In this document: positions 24,014-37,540 of the stretch, piece by piece
Numbering within the stretch: the stretch's first letter is position 1
Layout: each line of letters starts with the position of its first letter
Source of the DNA: Leidyana gryllorum EB-2025a
Lineage: Eukaryota > Protista > Apicomplexa
NCBI GenBank assembly: GCA_048772705.1
Contig: JBLWGC010000123.1
Coordinates: 17,039-81,038, forward strand
Length of the DNA: 64,000 nucleotides
Reading direction: 5' to 3'
The notes under the pieces: model-generated
What the model saw: only the letters and a program-made list of their open reading frames with translations
The model's database searches: none
Told to the model about the DNA's origin: nothing
Translations under genes and position numbers: made by a program

Positions 24014-25532
24014 CCGTCTAACTGCTCCGGGGTTCAAAAGGCTCAACCCCAGATCCTCGCCCTTTCGGACAGCAGCTTGAGCACAGCGCCTTAGACAACT
24101 CGGCTATCTTGCGACAGTGTTGTTGGTTCATCGCTCCACGCGTTTTTTGTCCGTGAGCCAAAATAGAAAGACTTCTGGGATTGGAGGCCGGCGTGTCCAG
24201 AGCGTCCGAGATAGTATAGTGGTTAGTATTTCCGCCTGTCACGCGGAAGACCCCGGTTCCATTCCCGGTCTCGGAGCACAGGTGGTTTCGCTTAAGATTC
24301 TCTCCTTTGGTTCTCGCTGAAAGTTGGGAGTTACACCACCGAGGATTCACCTCGGACTTTCTGCGTGTTAAGCAGACGTCGTAACCACTAGAGCGTGGGA
24401 GCTACAGCCACCGAGGATTCACCTCGGACTTTCTGCGTGTTAAGCAGACGTCGTAACCACTAGACCGTGGCTGCATGAATGGTCCCCGCAGCCCAAGAGA
24501 AGTGGCGAAGTTTCAGGGAGTAGTGAGGACCAGTTCCAAGGTCGCGCCCGGAATCGAACCCAGGTCGGGAGATTCAGAGTCTCCAGTGCTAACCACTACA
24601 CCACGCAACAGATTCAGCCCATCCCAGAAGAGTCGGTAGAATCATCCGGACTAGCGCTTCCTCAACTGGACCCAGGCAACACGGGTCTCTCTACTGACCT
24701 CTGGGAATATTTTAGGTGGCTCATGTATATAGCGCCCAGCGTAGAGCGTTGGATTTGAGTCGGACAGAATGCTCACTTCAATCATTGAAGCAATTGCGCT
24801 CTTCGCGAATGCTACCGTCAAGGGCGAGTTTCGAACTCACGCGGGTGACACCCAACGGCTTAGCAGGCCGCCGCCTTAACCACTCGGCCACCTTGCCGAG
24901 AGTGAAACGAGCTACACCTTCCATCGGGAATCCCGTGCGAATTGGTACACCCCCTTCTCGATGTCAGTATTTGCCTTTGGAATGACTGCTTGGCGGGGTG
25001 GAAGAAGGTCGGAGTGGCCGGTTCAGTACCAATCATAAGGCTTTGCTGAACACATCAGTCGGCTCCTTCGGCTAGTGACTGTTCACCTCAACTCTGAAGC
25101 GGTCGCGTGTTTCAGGCGGTCAGAGCGTGAACCTAATAAGTTCTGAGTCCGCGGTTGGAGCCCGGGCGTGACCAAGTGAGGGGATCTCTGCTAAAAAGTC
25201 GCCCCGGACGCGAGGAAGCCACAACATTCTGCGACTAATACGAAAGGAACTTTTTACCAAGTCCGAGCTTCCCTGCCGTGCCAGCTCCGTCGGTAGAGCG
25301 CAAGACTTTCAATGGTGGAGAGTCCTTGTCAAACTTGCTGAACCGTATGTGGAGCCACTGGCCGCAAAATGCCGAGTTCGACAGGTGGCAACTTGCCCGA
25401 GTGGTTAAGGGGGTAGACTCGAAATCTACTGGGCCTGGCCCGCGCTGGTTCAAATCCAGCAATTGTCGTGCGATGTGGTGGAAATGATGCAATTCCCAGC
25501 ATCAAAAACTCATATGGGTCGAGACAGGGAAT

Positions 25533-25604
25533 GCCTCCTTAGCTTAGGGGCAGAGCATTCGCTTTGTAAGCGAAAGGTCGCTGGTTCGATTCCGGCAGGA
25601 GGCT
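25533..25604 (+). tRNA. tRNA-Thr(TGT)
   Basis: TTCGC-TT-TGT-AA-GCGAA arm. Confidence 0.82.
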
Positions 25605-26336
25605 TCAGTCATTAGCCTAAACATGGTTGCGATCATCCGCCCGCATTTTCGGACGGCGGCTTGCACACAGCACTCGGCCATCTTGCCGAAGTGTTACCCG
25701 TTTCCTGTCCGTGAAATTCAAAATGCGAGGAGTTCTGGGGTTGGAGGCCGGCGTGTTTACTAGCGTCCGAGATAGTATAGTGATTAGTATTTCCGCCTGT
25801 CACGCGGGAGACCCGGGTTCGATTCCCGGTCTCGGAGCAGTTCCAGCCCCTCACAACTGCTGCAACTCAGATTTTGTCTCAGCTGGTCTGGACTTCATCC
25901 GGCATTGTAAGAGTGGGAGCCGCGTATAGAAGCCCACCTTGGAGAGACGTGGCATTGAGTCAACAACTATCAAACGGGCTGTTCTGGGAATCGAACCCAG
26001 GACTTCTTCCACCAAAGGAAGAATATATAACTGGACCAAACAGAGCGCTGTGGGTGCGTCAGGTACTGGCAGGTTCCAAACCTGCGACTTCGTGGCTAAG
26101 AGACTTACACTCTGATGGCTGAGCTACGAGGCTCACCTACGATGATTGGAGTTGCGATAAGCTTGCAGGTGCCCATTCGATGCAGTCGAGCCTTCTGCCG
26201 GAATCGAACCGGCGACCTTTCGCTTACTAAGCGAATGCTCTGCCCCTAAGCTAAGAAGGCAATGCAAGCCAAAGATCACGAATCAGTCACTATTGACGGG
26301 GATTACTGAGGCACTTTGCTCGAATGGTCCAATGAC

Positions 26337-26409
26337 TTCCACTGCCGGGACTCGAACCCGGATCGTGCGGGTGAAAGCCGCATATCCTAGCCACTTAGAC
26401 TACAGTGGA
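26337..26409 (-). tRNA. tRNA-Glu(TTC)
   Basis: Complete cloverleaf. Confidence 0.88.
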
Positions 26410-26591
26410 CAAGTGCTTGAGTTGAGGCTTCGGCCGAGAGCCGTACCGTCTTGGAAATCAGTGGTACCCAGCTCGTGCAATCTTACCGGAACTCGAGTGT
26501 GGCACCTTGGACCACCCCGAAATCCGTGCCGTACTTCTGACACTGTTGAGGGTTTGAGGTTAAGCCTTCGAATCTCGCAGCAGTTGGACGA

Positions 26592-26671
26592 CCGGGGGTA
26601 GCTCAGTTGGTAGAGCATCTGACTGTAGTGCTGGCATCAGATAGTCGGCGGTTCGATTCCGTCCCACCGGA
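26592..26671 (+). tRNA. tRNA-Tyr(GTA) with 7-nt intron
   Basis: Complete cloverleaf after removing TGCTGGC. Confidence 0.85.
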
Positions 26672-27918
26672 GGTAGAGTGGTGGTTGGCAGACTACTACT
26701 CAACCTGATGGGCTTTGCAGACATCGTTGATTTGAGCGAGTATAAGAGGCGCCTCGTGGGTACGTAACTCAGTAGTAGAGCAGCTGACTGCAGATCAGCA
26801 AGTCCGTGGTTCAACTCCGCGCGTGCCCTGAAGATGACCTGAAGGTTTGAGAATGTTGAAAATCCATCCCTGCCCACATACCAATGAGCCTGGAAGTCGG
26901 TGGACAATTTTGGGTCTATTGCGCAACGGTAGCGCGCCCAATTCCAGATCGGAAGGTGGCAATATTATGAGTTAGTCGGCGGTGCCGATTCCGACCGTGG
27001 GAGTGTGAGAGGATCGACTTGCATCTGACTGTAGTGCTGGCATCAAATAGTCGGCGGTTCGATTCCGTCCCACCGGAAGTAGAGGGTCATTGGCAAACTA
27101 CTACTCAACCTGATGAGCGTTGATAGGCCAACTAGACTACTCCGACGAGAATTCCATGTATGTAGTTCGGATGGGCTGGGAATCGATCCCAGAACCCTTC
27201 GTATACTAAGCTACCTTTTCATCATCTGGGCTAGCCTCCCTCTATGCCTACCTCATGGCATTGAGTGATACTTCACATAGTGATACGAGTTTCTCGACTG
27301 TACCCAGCGGGTTGAACCATTTGGTCTAGCGGGTTCGATTCCCAGCCCGTCTGATAGTTGTTGACGCTACACGGCACCATTCGCCCAGACGCTACTGGGA
27401 CTCGAACCCAGAATCCCCGGTTCCGTAGACCGATGCCATATCCATTAGGCCATAGCGCCGACTAACGGAGCCGTCAAATGGAAGTGTGTAGCGATCAAGA
27501 GAGGACATGGGCAGCTACGCCCGATCGTGGGTTTGGACAGACTTCACTTACATCTCCCATTCGAGACATCGGGGACATACTATCCAAGCCAGGATTCGGG
27601 CCTGGGTATGCACGGCCACAACTTGCTGTTGTAAGCACTCGACCCGGACAATCTTCAAGTGAGGCTGGTATGTCGGCGTGACCAAGTGAGTGGATCTCTG
27701 ATACAAATTCGGACTTAGTAACCAATTCCATTTGTATTGATCGTGGAATCCTGTGCCTTCCTCGGGTACGGGGCGAGCTTCCTTGCCGCCCCAACTCCGT
27801 CGGTAGAGCGCAAGACTTTTGAAGGGAGAACCGCGGGTTCGGGCGGCGCGAGCAGTCCTAGTAAAGCTCGCTGAATCGTATGTGAAGCCACTGGCCGCAA
27901 AATGCCAAGTTCGACAGC

Positions 27919-28000
27919 GGCAACTTGCCCGAGTGGTTAAGGGGGTAGACTAGAAATCTACTGGGCCTGGCCCGCGCTGGTTCAAATCCAGCAGTTGTCG
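27919..28000 (+). tRNA. tRNA-Ser(AGA)
   Basis: Complete cloverleaf with long variable arm. Confidence 0.9.
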
Positions 28001-28119
28001 TGTGCTGCGATCATCGGAGTAGGCGGCTGGGCTCAAAACACCAGCAGTACATGCTAAGGATTGCAGTGGCGACGCAGAGGCATCAAGTAAGTGAATCGGT
28101 GCCATCTGTCGTCGGAGGC

Positions 28120-28193
28120 GGTCGCGTAGCTCAGTCGGTTAGAGCGTGAGCCTAATAAGCTCAAGGTCCCCGGTTCGAGCCCGGGCGTGACCA
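28120..28193 (+). tRNA. tRNA-Ile(AAT)
   Basis: TGAGC-CT-AAT-AA-GCTCA arm; complete cloverleaf. Confidence 0.88.
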
Positions 28194-29093
28194 AGGCAGT
28201 GGATCTGTGATACAGAGTTGCCCTCGACCCGAAGAAGCCCCAACATTCTACGACGAATACGGATGGAATCTGTTGTGGTGTACCAGTTAGTGCAATGGGA
28301 AGTGTCTTGTGCTCGCAACCTGGAGGTCGCAGGATCGAATTCACGGCCCTGCACTTCGCCCTTGGCTAGCCACCTCGACCGGCACATAGCTGCCCTTAGT
28401 ATTGTGATCCAGTAGTGCAGTGGTAACTACTCGGACTTGGGACCCGCAGGTCGGCGGATCGAATCCCACCTCGGACAACTGTGCCAAGACCCCCAGGTGA
28501 CGGGTGAGGGCAGGTCGAGGATGGAGGACGGGTGGGGGAGCCCCCGGGAGGCCCCACAGCGTCGTACACGCACGTCTAAGCTGCACACTGGTCTGCAGTG
28601 CCACGACATGTTCGGCGACTGCGCCAATAGCACAATGGTAATGACTACGGACTTATGTTCTGAAGGTCGGTGGTTCGAGTCTCCCCGCGGACAAGCCTGA
28701 CTCCACGGCATTGTCAACGGGACTGGCTACTTAAGGTAAGTCTTGTCCATACGTGTGCAGGTGAAGGCTGTACACGCGCGCGCCAAGACATTTGAGGCAA
28801 GACCTTAGCTGTAGCACATAAGTAGCGTTAGGTCCAACTTAGATGCTTTTTAGAAAAGGAAAAAAGGGGGAACGAACTCGACAGTCGGCACTCACCCTGG
28901 AGCACAACAGAATCTGTTACTAAGTTCGACAGTTGCCAACTTGCCCGAGTGGGGAAGGGGAGAAGATTTGATCTCTACAGGGCCGGGGCCGGGCTGGTGC
29001 AGATCCAGCAGTTGTCGTGCGATGTGATCGGAGGGGTCAGACACCAACTCAAGCGTGAATCCCTGGAATGGTGGGAAAACCAACTGTGTCTTC

Positions 29094-29164
29094 TGCATCT
29101 GCCGGGAATCGAACCCGGGTCGTCTCGATGGCAACGAGACATTCTACCACTAGACCACAGATGC
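29094..29164 (-). tRNA. tRNA-Gly(GCC)
   Basis: Complete cloverleaf. Confidence 0.88.
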
Positions 29165-29575
29165 ATAATATCTTGTTGAGCTAGTCGCCCGCTGTGCAGA
29201 CCTCATAGCATTCCGTGGTTTTCGCCCCTCATCAGATACCTTTTTCCAGAGACACACGCCCCTTTCTCAGTCCGAAAGCTCCGCGCAGCCATGGTCTAGT
29301 GGTTACGACGTCTGCTTCACACGCAGAAGGTCCCGAGTTCGATCCTCAGTGGCTGTAGCTCGAAACTTTATCTGAGCACCACGAAATCTGAAGCGGAAAA
29401 ACGAACTGTGCTCCGAGACCTGGAATCGACCCTGGTCTTCCGCGTGATAGGCGGAAATCCTAACCGCTATACTATCTCGGACGCTCTGGATACGCCGGCC
29501 TCCAACCCCAGAAGTTCTTCCATTTTGAGATTCCACGGATAGAAAACGCGTGGGGCGGCGAGCCAACAACATTTC

Positions 29576-29655
29576 GGCAAGATGGCCGAGTGGTCCAAGG
29601 CGCTGTGTTCAGGCCGCAGTCCGAAAGGGCGTGGGTTCGAATCCCACTTTTGTCA
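29576..29655 (+). tRNA. tRNA-Leu(CAG)
   Basis: Long variable arm, anticodon CAG. Confidence 0.82.
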
Positions 29656-29665
29656 GGTTGCGCCC

Positions 29666-29981
29666 TGTTGAACTCTTTGTTCCGGACGCCGATCCTACTA
29701 AACCTATCGCAGGGTCTGTTTTTGATCCATCTAGTATTGAGCGCAGTTCAGAATTGTTAGAAGTATTGTTCATGTTTTTAGTTCAGTCCACGTAATAACA
29801 AAAAGAAACGTAAGCACACGTGTGTGTCTAATCTCTGTCTCCGCTCGATTGATCTAGGAATAATAACCATGTGAAAATATTGCTAATTTGCCTAACTGAG
29901 GCATGACTATTGGAATAAGGGGGTAGCTAGCCGCAAAAACAAAGTCAGATCTATTAGGCGCGGTCCGGGCTTGACTGACCA
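29666..29981. mobile_element. Solo LTR family D (316 bp)
   Basis: TG...CA termini; CGCCC TSD at 29661-29665 and 29982-29986; empty site in the paralog near 19921-19935. Confidence 0.82.
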
Positions 29982-30012
29982 CGCCCCAAACGGGAAAAAC
30001 ATAGAGTCCGGT

Positions 30013-30084
30013 TGAGCCCAGAGTGATTCGAACACCCAACCTTCTGATCTGGAGTCAGACGCGCTACCGTTGCGCCATAGGCCC
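30013..30084 (-). tRNA. tRNA-Trp(CCA)
   Basis: Complete cloverleaf. Confidence 0.88.
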
Positions 30085-30984
30085 AAAACCATCCCCCGTT
30101 CCAGACTCATTTACCGGCAATCGGCCCGCTTCTTAGGCGTGACATGCGAAAATAGTAACCACTATGCTATCTCGGACGCTCTGAACACGCCACGGACATT
30201 CCATTCGTTCAGAAAACGGCCGTTACCGTGTACGAGCTTCAACAACAAGGTGTCACGCATCTGTGGTCTAGTGGTAGAATGTCTCGTTGCCATCGAGACG
30301 ACCCGGGTTCGATTCCCGGCAGATGCAGATGACACATGGTTGCTTTTCCACCATTCAGAAATTCAAGCGTGAGTTGGTGTTTAACCCTCCAACCACATCG
30401 CACGACAACTGCTGGATTTGAACCAGCGCGGGCCCGGCCCAGTAGATTTCTAGTCTACCCCCTTAACCAGTCGGGCAAGTTGCCGTTGTCGAACTTGGCA
30501 TTTTGCGGCCAGTGGCTTCACATGCGGTTCAGCAAGCTTTACTAGGACTGCTCGCGCCGCCCGAACCCGCGGTTCTCCCTTCAAAAGTCTTGCGCTCTAC
30601 CGACGGAGTTGGGGCGGCGAGAAAGCTCGGACTTGGTAACAAATTCCAGTCGTATTGATGGTGGAATCTTTCCGAGACGGTTCGGCTCTCGGCCGAAGCC
30701 TAAACTCGAGCACTTGTCCACTGTAGTCTACGTGGCTAGGATATGCGGCTTTCACCCGCACGATCCGGGTTCAAGTCCCGGCAGTGGAAGTCATTAGAGT
30801 ACTCGATCAAAGTGCTCTGATAACTTGCGTAAATAGGGACTGATGCGTGATTCCCGGCTTGCATTGCCTTCTTAGTTTAGGGGCAGAGCATTCGTTTAGT
30901 AAGCGAAAGGTCGCCGGATCGATTCCGGCAGAAGGCTTGCTGACGAGCCAATCTATCCTACAACTGTTCCCTTCTGCGCACACT

Positions 30985-31056
30985 TAGCAGTGCGTCGTTT
31001 CGATCGACGGACCTTTGGGTTATGAGCCCAACACTCTTCCACTGAGCTACACTGCT
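30985..31056 (-). tRNA. tRNA-iMet(CAT)
   Basis: Same as 16382-16453. Confidence 0.9.
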
Positions 31057-31524
31057 TAGTCTGCAACATGTCAGAGGTAGCCGAAATGCGATTCTCGAGA
31101 GGTTAGTTGCGCTGACTGCCCTACCGAAGTGGGCTAACGAGGTGGCTGTGTTGGTTCTGAGGGCAACTCGTCCCATCGGGTCAACCGACGACCAAGAGGG
31201 CTGTTCTGGGAATCGAACTCAGGACTCTCTCCACCCTAAGGAAGGATCATACCACTAGACCAAACAGCCGCCTAGCCGGTGGTTCAACCCGCTGGGTACA
31301 GTCGAGAGACTCGTCTCACTATGTGAAGTATTACTCAATCCCATGAGGTGGGCGCAGAGGGAGGGTAGCCCAGATGATGAAACGGTGGCTTAGTATACGA
31401 AAGGTTCTGGGATCGATTCCCAGCCCATCCAAGCTACATGGATGGAACCCTCGCCGGAGTAGTCTAGTGGCCTATCAACGCTGTCCATCAGGTTGAGTAG
31501 TAGTTTGCCGATCACCCCTCTACT

Positions 31525-31604
31525 TCCGGTGGGACGGAATCGAACCGCCGACTATCTGATGCCAGCACTACAGTCAGATGCTCTACCAACTGAGCTACCC
31601 CCGG
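31525..31604 (-). tRNA. tRNA-Tyr(GTA) with 7-nt intron
   Basis: Same as 8665-8744. Confidence 0.85.
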
Positions 31605-31926
31605 CCGTCCAACTGCGCCGGGGTTCGGAAGGCTCAATCCCAGATCCTCGCCCTTTCGGACTCCGGTCTGAGCACAGCGCCTCAGACCACTTGGTCATCT
31701 TGCCGGGATGTTGTTGGCTCGCCGCTCCACGCGTTTTCTATCCCTGGAATCTCAAGATGGAAGGACTTCTGGGGTTGCAGGCCGGCGTGTCCAAAGCGTC
31801 CGAGATAGTATAGTGGTTAGTATTCCGCCTGTCACGCGGAAGACCAGGGTTCGATTCCCGGTCTCGGAGCAGTTCCAGCCCTCACAACTGGTGCAACTCA
31901 GATTTTGTCTCAGCTGGTCTTACATT

Positions 31927-31998
31927 GCCTTCTTAGCTTAGGGGCAGAGCGTTCGCTTCGTAAGCGAGAAGTCGCCGGTTCGATTCCGGCAGAAGGCT
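31927..31998 (+). tRNA. tRNA-Thr(CGT)
   Basis: Thr body, anticodon CGT. Confidence 0.8.
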
Positions 31999-32325
31999 TT
32001 GTTGCATCGATAGGCTTAAGAGGAATGGCTGTCACCACGTACAAGATTTACAAGATCGTGTTCTGCATCTGTGGTCTAGTGGAAGAGTCGCTCGCTGCCA
32101 TCGAGATAACCTGTGTGCGATTCCGACTGCAAAATGGTAGCATGATGAGTTTGCATCGATAGGCTTAAGAGGAATGGCTGTCGCCACGTACAAGATTCAC
32201 AAGATCGTGTTCTGCATCTGTGGTCTAGTGGAAGAGTCGCTCGCTGCCATCGAGATAACCTGTGTGCGATTCCCGACTGCAAAATGGTAGCATGATGAGT
32301 TTGTCGGCGGTTTCGATTCTGACCG

Positions 32326-32398
32326 TGGGAGTGGAGAGGATCGAACTCTCGACTTCAGGATTATGAGACCTACGCGCTACCGACTGCGCTACACTCCC
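32326..32398 (-). tRNA. tRNA-Met(CAT), elongator
   Basis: Paralog of 2231-2303. Confidence 0.85.
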
Positions 32399-34333
32399 CC
32401 TCCGACTTTCTCCGAGGAATCACCTGAACCCAGAACCATGCTGCCAGGCAGGTTGGGTCAAGATACAACAAAGCGGGCTGTTCTGGGAATGGAACCTAGG
32501 ACTTCTTCCACCCGACGGAGGTATCATACCACTACACCAAACAGCCGCCTGTCGTTCGTGCAACCCGCTGAAGACAGTTTAAAAAGTGGTCATCCTATGT
32601 TGAGAACCAACAAATGCGATGGGGTCTGCACCACGGGCGACTAGCTCAAATGGTAGAGCGCTCGCTTCGCATGCGAGAGGTACTGGGATCGATACCCAGG
32701 TCGTCCAAAGTACGTACAGCTGCACGTGGCGGGATCCAAACAAACTTCCATCTTTGAAGGGTCGCAGACCACAAGTGCCATTGGCACACCAGCGCACTCA
32801 GTGTTTAGTGTGCCTCTGAAACCGGTCCTGGCAGGCTTCGAACCTGCGACTTTGTGGTTAACAGCCACACGCTCTGCCGACTGAGCTACAAGACCCAGCT
32901 ACAATGGTTCAGAGGTTAGTATAGAGATCCTCCTTTTTCTACAGATTCTGCAACCACGTCTTGTCAAGAGGGTACGGCTCTCGGCTAAAGCTGCAGCTGA
33001 GAAAGTTGTCCACTGTAGTCTAAGTGGCTAGGATATGCGGCTCTCACCCGCACGATCCGGGTTCAAGTCCCGGCAGTGGAAATCCAGCAGAGTGTGGTTG
33101 TAGGTAACGGCTTCCAGAGACATTGATTTGCACCGCCCGCGGGGCTCGAACCCGCGACTGCAAGATTAAGAGTCTTGCGCTCTACCGACTGAGCTAGGGC
33201 GGCGGGAATGCAAGGACACAAAATTCGATGGCCCGACATCTTAAGTGGCTTTGGTACCCACCAGCCTCTTGAAGATTGTCCGGGTCGTCTAGGTGCTTTC
33301 AACAGCAAGTTGTGGCCGTGCATACCCAGGCCCGAATCCTGGCTTGGATAGTATGTCCCCGATGTCTCGAATGGGAGATGTGGGTGAAGTGTGTCCACAC
33401 CCACCATCGGGCGTAGCTGCCCATCTCCTGTCTTTATCGCTACACACTCCCATTTGACGGCTCCGCTAGTCGGCGCTATGGCCTAATGGATATGGCATCG
33501 GTCTACGGAACCGGGGATTCTGGGTTCGAGTCCCAGTAGCGTCTGGGTGGATGGCCGGGTTGCAGCCTGTTGAGTCAACAACTATCAGACGGGCTGTTCT
33601 GGGAATCGAACCCAGGACTCCTTCCACCCTAAGGAAAGATCATACCACTAGACCAAACAGCCGCCTGTCGGTCGTGCAAACCGCTGAGTACAGTTGAGAG
33701 GGTGGTTATACTATGTTGAGAACCAACACATGCGATGGGGTCTGCGCAACGGGCGACTAGCTCAGATGGTAGAGCGCTCGCTTTGCATCCGAGAGGTACT
33801 GGGATCGATACCCAGGTTGTCCAAACTCAGTAGGCCGGCACCTGCCGGTGGTAAGATACAGAGTTGCGACCTCTAAGGAAGGAGTAGCCGAAATGCAATT
33901 CTCGAGATGTTAGTTGCCCTGACTGCCCTACCAAAGTGGGCTAATGAAATGCTGTGTTGGTTCTGAGGGCAACTTGTCCCGTCGGGTTAACCGACGACCA
34001 AGAGGGCTGTTCTGGGAATCGAACCCAGGACTTCTTCCACCCAAAGGAAGAATCATACCACTAGACCAAACAGCCGAATGGGAAGGGGGATACAACCGGC
34101 TACGTACAGCCGTAAACTCGAAGTGTGGCTAATTCGTCCTGAAATGAGTACCGTTGCGCAGAATGGGACCCGCACCCATGCAGACTTGCGCCTACCAGTA
34201 TGTGGCAAGATGCCTTAGTGGGTAAGGCGCTATTTTCAGACCCCACTCACATGGTCGTGAGTATCTTTCTCCCACCTTGAAAGGGCACTGGCTACCCGCA
34301 GAAACCCCAGACTACTTATTTCGACGCTGCATT

Positions 34334-34414
34334 GCGAGAATGTCCGAGAGGTTAAGGGGGTGGCCTTAAGATCCACTGGTCAATTCCGCCTGGGTTCGAA
34401 CCCCACTTCTCGCA
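34334..34414 (+). tRNA. tRNA-Leu(TAA), possibly degenerate
   Basis: GCGAGAA/TTCTCGC acceptor, TAA anticodon, long variable arm; inverted paralog near 44420-44500. Confidence 0.65.
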
Positions 34415-35457
34415 TAAGGAGGCAAGTGTCGGGGGAGGGGAATGGAACGGTCGACTACCTGCCGCACCCGCCGCAGTCAGATGCTGTACCAAGTGAGCGA
34501 ACGCCTGTCGTGTGACCCTTTGACATCGAGGTTTGCTCCCGAACCGCACCTTTTGAGTGAGCACCAAACGAAGTCTAAAGCGGAACGAGCTGTGCTGTAA
34601 GACGGGCAGTCGAACCCAGGTCTTCCGCGTGACGCGCGAAAATACTAAGGACTCCGGTCGACCTGCCCAATGACTTGCATGACTCCACCCTGAGGCAAAT
34701 AGAGTGTAACTTAGTTCAGAGTTTCCTTGTCATCCTAGCTCAGTCGGTGGAGCGCGAGCCTCTTAATCTTGCAGTCGCAGAGGAGTGGGCCGGGGAGTAA
34801 GAATGCAGTATGTTGCCTACAAGCACACCCATCTGCATTTGCGCTGCCGAGACTCGAACCGGGATGGTGCGGGTTGGGGCCACATATACTAGCCACCGAG
34901 ACCATAGTGGACACGTCACCAAAGTTGCACTGACGAATGGGGGCAGAAAAGGCCTGAGAATTTTGCAACCCCCTCAGGTCGTTATCGAGACCGAGAGACC
35001 AGCCCGAAAAGCTTAAGCTTGTGAGCAAAACCTTCTGCCGGAATCGAACCGGCGACCTTTCGCTTAAGCGAATGCTCTGCCCCTAAGCTAAGAAGGCAAT
35101 GCAAGCCGGGAATCACGCATCAGTCCCTATTGACACAAGAGCACTTTGATCGAGTACTCTAATGACTTCCACTGCCGGGACTTGAATCCGGATCGTGCGG
35201 GTAAAAGCCGCATATCCTAGCCACTTAGACTACAGTGGACGAGTCACAACAGTTGCACTGACGAATGAGGCGCCAGAGAACTGTGAGTCGGTCTCAGATT
35301 GGAAGTTCACCTAGGTTTGGCGGGTGGGCGGCTATCTCAAGTGGTAGAGCGGTGACTTGGCAGGCGAGAGGTCAGTTTAGACACCTATCAATGCCGCAGG
35401 GCAGGCTGAACATGGGGGCATTTGGTCACTCCTCCGGGCATGTCGAATTCGACAGTT

Positions 35458-35539
35458 GGCAACTTGCCCGAGTGGTTAAGGGGGTAGACTTGAAATCTAC
35501 TGGGCCTGGCCCGCGCTGGTTCAAATCCAGCAGTTGTCG
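35458..35539 (+). tRNA. tRNA-Ser(TGA)
   Basis: GTAGA-CT-TGA-AA-TCTAC arm. Confidence 0.85.
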
Positions 35540-36191
35540 TGCGATCTGATTGGAGGGGCAGACAACAACTCGCTCGTGAAACCCCAGAATGGTGCCTCAA
35601 TCAGCCATCTGCCATCTTCTCTGCGTCTGCCGGGAATCGAACCTGGGTCGTCTCGGTGGCAACGACACAGTCTACCACTAAACCACAGATGCGTGACATC
35701 TCCATTCCTGAATACAAACCGAAGGGTCTTAAAACTAGTCCAGGCTGTCCAACTTAGGCCGATACATAAAAACCAGGCTCATCGGATACGTGGTTCCAGA
35801 GACACACGCCCCTTTCGCAGTCCGGAAGCTCCGTGCAGCCATCTAGTGGTCACGACGTCTGTTTAACACGCAGAAGGTCCCGAGTTCCATCCTCGGTGGC
35901 TGTAACACGCATCGTTCAGGTGAGCATCACGAAATCTAGAGCGGAAGACGATCTATCTCCGACACCGGGAATCGAACCCGGGTATTCCGCGTGACAGGCG
36001 GAAATACTGACCACTATACTATCTCGGACGCTAGTAAAGATGCCGGCCTCCAAACCCCAGAAGTCCTCGCATTTTGAGACTTCACGGACAGGAAACGGGT
36101 AACACTTCGGCAAAATGGCCGAGTGCTGTGTGCAAGCCGCCGTCCGAAAATGCGGGCGGATGATCGCGACCATGTTTAGGCTAATGACTGA

Positions 36192-36263
36192 AGCCTCCCG
36201 CCGGAATCGAACCAGCGACCTTTCGCTTAGAAAGCGAATGCTCTGCCCCTAAGCTAAGGAGGC
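36192..36263 (-). tRNA. tRNA-Thr body with TCT (Arg) anticodon
   Basis: Paralog of Thr(TGT) 25533-25604 with TTCGC-TT-TCT-AA-GCGAA. Confidence 0.65.
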
Positions 36264-36517
36264 ATTCCCTGTCTCGACCCATATGAGTTTTTGATGCTGG
36301 GAATTGCATCATTTCCACCACATCGCACGACAACTGCTGGATGAACCAGCGCGGGCCAGGCCCAGTAGATTTCGAGTCTACCCCCTTTAACCACTCGGGC
36401 AAGTTGCCACCTGTCGAACTCGGCATTTTGCGGCCAGTGATGTCACATACGGTTCAGCAAGCTTGACCAGGACCCCAAACCGTTGTGAAAAAGTGCCAGC
36501 GAGTAAGACATGTCGTC

Positions 36518-36599
36518 GGCAAGGTGGCCGAGTGGTTAAGGCGGCGGCCTGCTAAGCCGTTGGGTTCTACCCGCGTGAGTTCGAATCTCACCCTTGTCG
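36518..36599 (+). tRNA. tRNA-Ser(GCT)
   Basis: Complete cloverleaf, anticodon GCT, long variable arm. Confidence 0.88.
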
Positions 36600-36890
36600 G
36601 TAGCATTCGGGGAGAGCGCATCTGCTTCAATGATTGAACTGAGGATTTTGGCCGACTCGAATCCAACGCTTTACGCTGGGGTCTGTATACAAGACCCGTG
36701 TTGCATGTGTCCAGTTGAGGAAGCGCTAGTCCGACTCTTCTGGGATGGGCTGAACCGGTTGCGTCCTTGGTGGTTAGCACTCGACACTTTGGATTTTCCG
36801 ACCTGGGTTCGATCCCGGCGCGACCCTTGAACTGGTCCTCACTACTCCCTGAAGCTTCGCCACTTCTCTTGGGCTGCGGGGACCATCCAT

Positions 36891-36963
36891 GCAGCCATGG
36901 TCTAGTGGTTACGACGTCTGCTTAACACGCAGAAGGTCCCGAGTTCGATCCTCGGTGGCTGTA
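36891..36963 (+). tRNA. tRNA-Val(AAC)
   Basis: Complete cloverleaf. Confidence 0.88.
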
Positions 36964-37468
36964 GCTCGCAACTTTCAGCGGGCACCAAAAAAGACAATCT
37001 TAAGCGAGATCAACTGTGCTCCGAGACCGGGAATCGAACCCGGGTCTTCCGCGTGACAGGCGGAAATACTAACCACTATACTATCTCGGACGCCCTGAAC
37101 ACGCCACGGACATTCCATTCGTTCAGAAAACGACCGTTACCGTGTACGAGCTTCAACAACAAGGTGTCACGCATCTGTGGTCTAGTGGTAGAATGTCTCG
37201 TTGCCATTGAGACGACCCGGGTTCGATTCCCGGCAGATGCAGATGACACATGGTTGCTTTTCCACCATTCAGAAATTCAAGCGTGAGTTGGTGTTTAACC
37301 CTCCAACCACATCGCACGACAACTGCTGGATCTGTCCAGGCCCAGTAGAATTCAAATCTACCCCCCTTCCCCACTCGGGCAAGTTGGCAACTGTCGATTC
37401 CGGCGTGAGGCGAGGAGTGGCCCGCCGCGGTAAGTGCTTATTTTCACCGCCTTCCATGACTACCTAGT

Positions 37469-37540
37469 GCCTCGGTAGCTCAGTTGGGAGAGCGCCAGAC
37501 TGAAGATCTGGAAGTCGCGGGTTCGAGCCCCGCGGGCGGC
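37469..37540 (+). pseudogene. Chimeric tRNA: Phe 5' part + Lys T-arm
   Basis: Phe sequence up to the shared AGTC, then Lys GCGGGTTCGAGCCCCGCGGGCGG. Confidence 0.85.

Noticed and set aside
33357-33413. tRNA-Sec-like or novel structured RNA (CCCGATG...CATCGGGCG) in six spacer copies
   Set aside because: Too short, no TCA anticodon arm, and pairing is broken in the copies near 7815 and 27520; most likely a decayed relic
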